A DNA stretch of 64,000 nucleotides from Bacteroidales bacterium (GTDB taxonomy: Bacteria > Bacteroidota > Bacteroidia > Bacteroidales > F082): NCBI GenBank assembly GCA_045656905.1, contig JAZOSA010000039.1, positions 417-64,416 of the forward strand. The letters are read 5' to 3'. Numbering within the stretch: the first letter of the stretch is position 1; each line of letters opens with the position of its first letter. Positions 57,590-64,000 of the stretch are shown here, piece after piece. Under the pieces are notes generated by a model that saw nothing but the letters and a program-made list of their open reading frames with translations, was not told the origin of the DNA and searched no databases. A program made the position numbers and the translations under genes.

Positions 57590-60049
57590 ATGCTAGTATC
57601 AAAAAGAGACAAATTTGCCATCACATTTAAAGATGACAAATATACTTACGAACAACTGCTCCGATATTCACAAATCTACGCTGACGCTTTCTCGTCACAA
57701 TCTGTTCCTGAAAAAGTTTTAATCTGCGCACAGAACTCACCAGAATGGTGTTTTGCTTTCCTTGGCACAATGCGTTGCAAAGCCATCGCTGTTCCATTGG
57801 ACGCGCAGTCGACAAAGAAAGAGATAGAATATGTCATCAACGACTGTCATCCTGACATCGTTTTCATTTCGGAAGACAAACTCGAAATGTTCAACGACAT
57901 CAATCTCCAAGGCGCTCGCCTTATGACAAAAAACGACGTCGTTCTTTCTGACGACCCTAACATCCCTGCGACCGACATCCCTATGGGTAAAGACAGCGAC
58001 ACTATGCTGATTAACTACACATCTGGTACGACAGGAAATCCTAAGGGTGTTATGCTTTCTTTCAGAAATGTCATGTTCAACGTTGATTCTGTAAGTAAGC
58101 AGGTGCCTATCTTCCAAGAAGACAGCAATGTGATGGTGCTTCTTCCTTTGCATCACATCCTTCCGCTACTTGGTAGTATGGTCGCTCCTCTTTATATGGG
58201 CGGCACGCTTCACATCGCTGAGGCAATGAATGCCGAGTCAATCATCAAGACTTTAAATGCTGGAAAAGTAAGCATCATCATCGGCGTGCCTCGTCTTTAC
58301 GATATGCTCGTCAAAGGTATCATGAGCAAGATAAACGCTTCATTCGTGACACGTCTTCTCTATAAGATAACCAAGCTCATCGGTAGCGATGCAGTGTCGA
58401 GGACAATCTTCAGCAGCGTGCATAAGAAATTCGGCGGTCACTTGAAATATCTCGTATCAGGCGGCGCAGCTCTTTCTGTTGAGACAGCAACAATTTTGAA
58501 GACATTAGGCTTGTATGTCCTTGAAGGTTACGGCATGACAGAGACAGCTCCTATGATTTCATTCACTCGTCCAGGCAGACGTAAAGTAGGTTATGCCGGC
58601 GAACTTCTTCCTAATATTGAAGTGAAGATTGCTGAAAACGGCGAAATCTGCGTGAAAGGCGATAACGTGATGCAAGGCTACTATAAACGACCAGAAGAGA
58701 CAGCGCAGATTATTAAAGACGGATGGCTTCATACTGGCGACATGGGTATCCTTGATAAATATGGTCTTAAAATCACAGGCCGTATCAAAGAGATTATCGT
58801 GACATCAAACGGTAAGAACATAAATCCAGAGCTTCTTGAAAGAGAGTTCTTGGCAGAAAGCACTTACGTTCAAGAAATCGGTATCTTCTTGAACGGCGAT
58901 GCTTTACACGCTGCAGTACGTCCAAATATGGTAGCTGTGAGACAAGTAGATTTGGATGCGATGGACGCTCTTATCAAAAAAGAAGTGGAGCAGTTCAATG
59001 CTGAGCAGCCTCAATACAAACGTATCAAACAATATCATATCTTGTCGGAAGAACTTCCAAAGACACGCCTCGGCAAGGTGCAGCGTTTCCTTCTTCCTCA
59101 TCTTGTTGATAAACCTAAGACAGAGGCAGTACAAGAGTCGTTGGAAGGCAAGAGCGAGGTTTACAAGATGTTAAAGGCTTTCGTTGAAGATGAAACGAAA
59201 AAAGTCGCTAACGAAAACGACCACTTTGAAATAGACTTGTCGATGGATTCATTGAGTAAAGTGTCTCTTCTCGCTTATATTGAAAATACTTTCGGTATCA
59301 ACCTCAACGAGGAACAGATGGAGAACCTCACCACATTGGCAAAACTCACAGAATATATTGAAACAAACGAACATTCTTTCAATACCACGACAATAACTTG
59401 GAAAGATATCCTCGCAACAAAAGTTGATGTGAATTTGGAAAAACCAGGTTTTACACAATGGTTTACATACACTTTCACAAAGATATTGTTCTCAATTTGC
59501 TATCGTTTCAGAGTAAGAGGTAACAAGAAATTGCCAAATACACCATGTATCATCGTGGCAAATCACCGCTCTGCAATCGACGGTTTCTTAATTACTTACA
59601 ACTTCTCACGCAAGGAAAACAAAGACATTTTCTTCTTCGCTAAAGAAAAACACTGGAGGTCAAAGATAGCTCAGTTTATGGCAAGAAAGAATAACATTAT
59701 CTTAATGGATATTAACAAAAACGTACGTCAGTCATTGCAAGAGATGTGCGCTGTCTTGAAAAAAGGCAAGAACATCGTGATATTCCCAGAAGGAACACGT
59801 TCTAAAGATAACACGATGAGAAAGTTCAAGGAGACATTCGCTATCTTGAGTAAAGAATTGAATGTGCCTATCGTTCCAGTCGCTATTGCAGGTTCTGAGT
59901 CAGCATGTTATGGTAGCAGTATCGTTCCTAAGTTCTGGAAGAAAATCGACATTGACATCATGGAGCCTGTCATGCCTTCTGAAGAACAAAGCGTTGAAAG
60001 TCTCCGCGATAAAGTGGCATCGTTAATTGAAAAACATTTGAAAAAATGA
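57590..60049 (+). CDS. Tri-domain fusion: AMP-dependent acyl ligase + acyl-carrier domain + PlsC-type lysophospholipid acyltransferase
   Basis: 819 aa. It has the AMP-binding motifs YTSGTTGNPKGV and GWLHTGD. It also has a carrier-domain Ser motif DLSMDSLSKV, and the acyltransferase motifs ANHRSAIDG (HX4D) and FPEGTRS. Confidence 0.85.
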   Translation: MLVSKRDKFAITFKDDKYTYEQLLRYSQIYADAFSSQSVPEKVLICAQNSPEWCFAFLGTMRCKAIAVPLDAQSTKKEIEYVINDCHPDIVFISEDKLEMFNDINLQGARLMTKNDVVLSDDPNIPATDIPMGKDSDTMLINYTSGTTGNPKGVMLSFRNVMFNVDSVSKQVPIFQEDSNVMVLLPLHHILPLLGSMVAPLYMGGTLHIAEAMNAESIIKTLNAGKVSIIIGVPRLYDMLVKGIMSKINASFVTRLLYKITKLIGSDAVSRTIFSSVHKKFGGHLKYLVSGGAALSVETATILKTLGLYVLEGYGMTETAPMISFTRPGRRKVGYAGELLPNIEVKIAENGEICVKGDNVMQGYYKRPEETAQIIKDGWLHTGDMGILDKYGLKITGRIKEIIVTSNGKNINPELLEREFLAESTYVQEIGIFLNGDALHAAVRPNMVAVRQVDLDAMDALIKKEVEQFNAEQPQYKRIKQYHILSEELPKTRLGKVQRFLLPHLVDKPKTEAVQESLEGKSEVYKMLKAFVEDETKKVANENDHFEIDLSMDSLSKVSLLAYIENTFGINLNEEQMENLTTLAKLTEYIETNEHSFNTTTITWKDILATKVDVNLEKPGFTQWFTYTFTKILFSICYRFRVRGNKKLPNTPCIIVANHRSAIDGFLITYNFSRKENKDIFFFAKEKHWRSKIAQFMARKNNIILMDINKNVRQSLQEMCAVLKKGKNIVIFPEGTRSKDNTMRKFKETFAILSKELNVPIVPVAIAGSESACYGSSIVPKFWKKIDIDIMEPVMPSEEQSVESLRDKVASLIEKHLKK

Positions 60050-60651
60050 TAAAAAACATCGTTTTCGATTTTGGCGCCGTACTCGTGGATTGGAATCCGC
60101 ATTACCTTTTCGATTCGTATTTTAACGATATGGAAAAGTGCAACTATTTCATCGAGAATGTCTGCAATACAGAATGGAACGCTCAAATGGATAAAGGCAA
60201 GCCTTTTGAAGTCGCGGTGAAAGAACGTATCGCTGAATTCCCTGAGTTTGAAGAAGCCATAAGGTTATATCATTCAGAATGGATGAAGACGATGGGCGAG
60301 GAGATTCCAGGAATGTATGAGCTAATCAAGTCGTTGAAAGAGAAATATCCTGTCATCTACGGATTGACAAACTGGTCGAACGAGACATTCCCTATGGTTC
60401 AGAAGAAATATAGAATTTTTTCTTTGATAGATAACATTGTGTGTTCCGGCGACGAGAAACTTTTAAAGCCAGACCCAAAGATTTATCACACATTATTAGA
60501 ACGTTATAACCTTAAAGCTGAAGAGTCAGTATTCATCGATGATAATATCAATAATGTAAAAGGCGCGATAAATGTCGGAATGAAGTCGATTCATTTTGTC
60601 AATGCTGAACAATTACAAAAAGATTTGAATGAATTATTAAATCAAGAATAA
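60046..60651 (+). CDS. HAD-superfamily hydrolase
   Basis: 201 aa; motif I IVFDFGAVL; motif IV-like FIDDNINN. ATGA overlap with the upstream gene. Confidence 0.75.
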   Translation: MIKNIVFDFGAVLVDWNPHYLFDSYFNDMEKCNYFIENVCNTEWNAQMDKGKPFEVAVKERIAEFPEFEEAIRLYHSEWMKTMGEEIPGMYELIKSLKEKYPVIYGLTNWSNETFPMVQKKYRIFSLIDNIVCSGDEKLLKPDPKIYHTLLERYNLKAEESVFIDDNINNVKGAINVGMKSIHFVNAEQLQKDLNELLNQE

Positions 60652-60653
60652 TT

Positions 60654-60965
60654 ATGAAAACTGTAGAAATTAAAAACTTTGAATTATACACCACTGGTGT
60701 CATCAGTATTGCTTGGACAGAAAAAGGCGAAGATATTTTCCTCAATGTTGACCTCGATTTAGCAGCATTATTGAAAATGTTGAAGATAGAAGGCATTTCT
60801 TACGAAAAGGTACAGCAAGTTTCAGAAAGTCAACAACCTTTGAAGTTTAAGAAAGTGACATTGTTGTTGTTCCAAGACGACGACAAACCAGGTCAATACT
60901 ACACTTCAGAATGTATGTTTGAAGATGACGAGATTGATATTTTCCATGCTGAAATAAAAGAATGA
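60654..60965 (+). CDS. Hypothetical protein
   Basis: 103 aa, tightly packed within the operon; no motif recognised. Confidence 0.5.
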   Translation: MKTVEIKNFELYTTGVISIAWTEKGEDIFLNVDLDLAALLKMLKIEGISYEKVQQVSESQQPLKFKKVTLLLFQDDDKPGQYYTSECMFEDDEIDIFHAEIKE

Positions 60966-60966
60966 G

Positions 60967-61506
60967 ATGTCGGAATCGTCTAACAATCAAATCATAATTC
61001 CCGATCTCCCTGACTTCGCCGCCATCGACTTCGAGTCGGCGAACGGTGATATCAGAAGCGCGTGCAGCGTCGGTATCGTCATAGTGAAAGACAGGGAGAT
61101 TGTGGATAGATTTTACAGTCTCATAAAACCAGTTCCAAATCATTATTGCTATTGGAACACCAAAATTCATGGAATCAAAAAAGAAGATACCGACGACGCA
61201 CCTGTCTTCCCTGAGGTGTGGCGTGAAGCTTCTAAATTTGTCAGAAATCTTCCGCTTGTAGCTCATGACAAGAATTTCGATGAGCGTTGCCTTAAGGCTT
61301 GTTTTGCCCATTATAAAATGAGATATCCTAATTATAAGTTTCATTGTACTTATAAAACGTCTCTTAAGGTGTTTCCTGATTTAGAGAATTATCAGTTGCA
61401 TACCGTCGCTGCACACTGCGGCTTCGACTTGACGAATCATCATCATGCCCTCGCAGATGCAGAAGCTTGCGCTCATATCGCGATGGAAATTTTTAATAAT
61501 TCATAA
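60967..61506 (+). CDS. DEDDh 3'-5' exonuclease (DnaQ-like)
   Basis: 179 aa; ExoI AAIDFESAN, ExoII VAHDKNFDE, ExoIII HHHALADAEAC. Confidence 0.8.
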   Translation: MSESSNNQIIIPDLPDFAAIDFESANGDIRSACSVGIVIVKDREIVDRFYSLIKPVPNHYCYWNTKIHGIKKEDTDDAPVFPEVWREASKFVRNLPLVAHDKNFDERCLKACFAHYKMRYPNYKFHCTYKTSLKVFPDLENYQLHTVAAHCGFDLTNHHHALADAEACAHIAMEIFNNS

Positions 61507-61611
61507 TGCATAATTCATAATGCATAATTAGGAATTGATGTATAGACGCATCAATGTTACCTTGAAAATAAATACGCATTGATACGTCTAAATGATTTAA
61601 AAAATTAAAAA

Positions 61612-62742
61612 ATGAAAAAGTTATTATTGTTCTTATTATGTGCATTATTGTCATTTACCGCTTTTTCTCAAGAGAAAAAATTCCGTCCGGTTCAGATAAA
61701 TTTCGGTTTTCCATTGAGTACGATAAATGTTAAAAAAGCCAAAGAATATACGAATGCGTTTTCAATAAATTTGTTGGTGGGAATTTCTAAGAATGAGAGA
61801 AGTCTCGCATTGGCTGGAATCAGTAATGTCATAGCTAATAATGCGACTGGTTTGCAAATTGCTTCTGTTTCTAACCATATCGGAAATGCTGGATATGGAA
61901 TAGAAGTTGCTGGCGTGACAAACATAAACAAAGGCATTTATAATGGCATCCAAGTCGGCGGCGTTTATAACTATTCTGGTTCAGGAAATGGAATAGTGGT
62001 CGCAGGTGTGGCAAATATGAGTAAAGGTTCTTACAATGGTGTTCAAGTCAGTGGCGTTTATAACTATTCAGGTTCAGGAAATGGAATAGCAGTTACAGGT
62101 GTGGCAAATATGAGTAAAGGTGCTTATAATGGTTTGCAGCTCTCTGGTGTGACTAATATCGCAGGTGATGTGAAAGGTCTGCAATTTGCTGGAGTGATGA
62201 ATATCGCGAAGAAAGTCAAAGGCGTGCAGTTTGCTACAATACTTAATGTCGCAGAAGAAAGTGATTTTCCAATAGCTTTTATCAATATTATTAAGAATGG
62301 TAAAATGGGAGTCGCTCTTTCTTACGACAATATGAACAATACGATGTTGTCTTTCAGATCAGGAGGCAAATACACATACGGTATCTTGGGCGTTGGTTAT
62401 AACAATAAAGTCAATGACGGAAGCAATATTGTAGCGGAAGCAGGTTACGGTATTCATATTCCTATAACTAATTGGCTTGAAATAAACAACGAATTCAAAG
62501 CAACATCGTTAGGATTTTCTAATGATAAGGTATGTTACAATGCATCATATCTTCTCGCTCCATCGTTCACATTCTTGAATCATTTTAACGTCTTTGGCGG
62601 CGCAAATTTCAATTATTTATATTCCAATTATGTTAATTCCGATGACTTATTTCCAAACAAATGTCTTTGGGAAAAGGATAACAGCGATAACAAACAAAGA
62701 ATGTTTATAGGTTATCAGATTGGCTTGCAATATGTTTTTTAA
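61612..62742 (+). CDS. Secreted/surface repeat protein with G-x-Q-x-(A/S)-G-V-x-N repeats (LA_2272-like)
   Basis: 376 aa with a signal peptide. Many short repeats (GLQIASVSN, GIEVAGVTN, GIQVGGVYN, GLQFAGVMN) and a beta-rich C-terminus ending ...LQYVF. Confidence 0.6.
   Translation: MKKLLLFLLCALLSFTAFSQEKKFRPVQINFGFPLSTINVKKAKEYTNAFSINLLVGISKNERSLALAGISNVIANNATGLQIASVSNHIGNAGYGIEVAGVTNINKGIYNGIQVGGVYNYSGSGNGIVVAGVANMSKGSYNGVQVSGVYNYSGSGNGIAVTGVANMSKGAYNGLQLSGVTNIAGDVKGLQFAGVMNIAKKVKGVQFATILNVAEESDFPIAFINIIKNGKMGVALSYDNMNNTMLSFRSGGKYTYGILGVGYNNKVNDGSNIVAEAGYGIHIPITNWLEINNEFKATSLGFSNDKVCYNASYLLAPSFTFLNHFNVFGGANFNYLYSNYVNSDDLFPNKCLWEKDNSDNKQRMFIGYQIGLQYVF
61945..62130 (+). repeat. Near-perfect 93-bp tandem duplication inside the surface repeat gene
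   Basis: 61945-62037 and 62038-62130 encode G[IV]QV[GS]GVYNYSGSGNGI[VA]V[AT]GVANMSKG[SA]YN twice. Confidence 0.9.
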
Positions 62743-62755
62743 AAGTATTTGAAAT

Positions 62756-63346
62756 TCATAATTTCAAATCGTAATACATTAAACGAGTTGAAATCTTATT
62801 TGTTGGAGGAATGTTGTATTGTGAACGTTCCTCCAATTCGTTATCATAAAGATAACGGAAATCATTATGTTCGTAGAATTTTGTAGTTTTACCGTTATTA
62901 TATGCATCTACTACAATAAACCTACAGCCTGTCTTATTGCTTTTATGACGAAACCAATCTTTTATGAAATATAACAATTGACTGCCGATGCTTTTGTTTT
63001 GAAAAGATTTGTTGATTCCCAATCTTCCGATTAAAACTGCTGGATAACTTCTTCCTCGTTTGCTATTATTGATAGTCCTGTTTAACTTGTTACGTATTCT
63101 GTTATTAAGATTAAATGTTTTGATACTGTCGTTCGCTAAGGTAAACAATGCGACAATTTGATGCGGTTTGTCTTTTGTTATCCAACAGTACGTTTTCCCC
63201 ATTAATTCTATTGAATATAAGTCAGCATCGTTATGGAAGAAATTATCTAATTCGTCATCTCCACAACTGAAGTCAGAACAACTTTCTAAAATTTCCTTAT
63301 TGAAAGGAAGCATTATATAAGGGGCGTAAGATGAGTTTGTTTTCAC
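62756..63346 (-). CDS. GNAT-family N-acetyltransferase, probable type II toxin (paralog of 26229-26777)
   Basis: 196 aa. It shares FSCGDDELDNFF, SYPAVLIGRLGI and NKTGCRFIVVDAYNN blocks with the first GNAT. Confidence 0.75.
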   Translation of the reverse strand: MKTNSSYAPYIMLPFNKEILESCSDFSCGDDELDNFFHNDADLYSIELMGKTYCWITKDKPHQIVALFTLANDSIKTFNLNNRIRNKLNRTINNSKRGRSYPAVLIGRLGINKSFQNKSIGSQLLYFIKDWFRHKSNKTGCRFIVVDAYNNGKTTKFYEHNDFRYLYDNELEERSQYNIPPTNKISTRLMYYDLKL

Positions 63347-63351
63347 AATTA

Positions 63352-63516
63352 TCAGAATTTGAAGTTTTTAGATTTTTCAAGGAATCTCATCAATTCCTCG
63401 TTTTCTTCTTCTGATAATGTAGGTGTTTGCAATGACTTGTTTTTGTCAACTTCTCTATCGAATCTTTCCGCTGACTTTCCATATAAAATAGGTGATGATT
63501 TAAAAAATGTTGCCAT
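63352..63516 (-). CDS. Small (54 aa) putative antitoxin partner of the second GNAT
   Basis: MATFFKSSPILYGKSAERFDREV... from the ATG at 63516. It shares the PILYGKSAERF motif with 26783-26935 and ends 5 nt before the GNAT start. Confidence 0.6.
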   Translation of the reverse strand: MATFFKSSPILYGKSAERFDREVDKNKSLQTPTLSEEENEELMRFLEKSKNFKF

Positions 63517-63707
63517 AACTTTCGGTTTTAAAATTATTCGCAAAAATAAAATCTTTTTCAATACTTGTCAAGGATTATTTTGTTAAAAATTATTAACAAT
63601 CAGTAAGTTAGTTTGAATATGTGATGCAAACGAGGATATTGGTTTTGTTATGTGTATTTAATGAAAATATATTTATAGTTTTTGTTAAGTATACTTAATA
63701 AAAATCG

Positions 63708-63715
63708 TATTTTTG
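63708..63715 (+). promoter_or_regulatory. -7 box TATTTTTG
   Basis: TAnnTTTG match 71 nt upstream of the ATG at 63786. Confidence 0.4.
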
Positions 63716-63785
63716 TATATGTGAATAAAATTTGGACAAAGACTGTTGACAGTAGTCTGTTGTCCGTTGACTTAAAAATAAAATC

Positions 63786-64000
63786 ATGAAAAAAATCCTT
63801 ACATTATTAATATGCTTCTTGGCATTGTCATCTTTAGCTCAAAAAGTTGAACCGACTTGGGAATCGTTGCAACAACGTGGCTATCCTCAATGGTTCTCAG
63901 ATGCAAAATTGGGAATATTTATCCATTGGGGTGTGTATTCTGTTCCGGCTTTCGCTACCAATGAAGGCTACGCTGAATGGTATTACAGCGGATTGATGAA
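63786..64000 (+). CDS. Alpha-L-fucosidase (GH29), 5' part truncated by the window end
   Basis: [19 protein letters not shown] signal peptide, then [21 protein letters not shown], the GH29 N-terminal signature. Open to the window edge and not in the ORF track. Confidence 0.8.
   Translation, partial: MKKILTLLICFLALSSLAQKVEPTWESLQQRGYPQWFSDAKLGIFIHWGVYSVPAFATNEGYAEWYYSGLM

Noticed and set aside
1-64000. A search for tRNA, rRNA, tmRNA, riboswitch or CRISPR features in all gaps over 150 bp.
   Set aside because: No cloverleaf-type sequences (no GGTTCGAATCC-like T-arms) and no recognisable riboswitch cores were seen. The gaps are filled by promoters, terminators and the repeat families described. 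Infernal/tRNAscan would be needed for a definitive negative.

Overview
The window looks like a Bacteroidota (Prevotella/Bacteroides-like) chromosomal segment. This is inferred from TTG/TAnnTTTG promoters, a T9SS C-terminal sorting domain, a GLPGLI protein, CarboxypepD_reg-type outer-membrane receptors and Ser-type sulfatase/GH29 genes. I support about 45 CDS and found no rRNA, tRNA, CRISPR, transposase or integrase. Main content: three RND efflux operons (263-5998 +, 13493-19131 -, 32771-38541 -); an ABC ATPase/membrane protein/YtrA-like GntR module; two outer-membrane receptor loci; and a small accessory patch (DUF4160/DUF2442 pair, hydrolase, ICMT-like methyltransferase, GNAT toxin-antitoxin). 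It also holds ferritin, two GH29 fucosidases, a sulfatase, a 1559-aa T9SS repeat protein, a glycogen cluster (GH133-like debrancher, GT4, GH57, fused GT3-GT35), an SDR, a nucleoid-associated protein, and an operon led by an acyl-ligase/ACP/acyltransferase fusion. The most unusual signal is non-coding. Several short repeat families fill the intergenic DNA and have entered coding sequence. (1) A 75-78 bp palindromic CTCCACG...CGTGGAG element has 1+3 copies tightly bracketing a GxxExxY PD-(D/E)XK gene (REPtron-like) and one more copy inserted in frame in the ABC ATPase. (2) An 8-bp microsatellite removes the stop codon between an RND adaptor and its pump. (3) A TGTAGAGACG hairpin family supplies stop codons and 14 codons of a fucosidase linker. 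(4) A GC-rich ~165-bp repeat is present in 3-4 copies. (5) 108-111 bp direct repeats flank a GNAT TA cassette. (6) A 60-bp promoter cassette is reused three times. All functional calls rest on motif recognition by eye; no database search was run.
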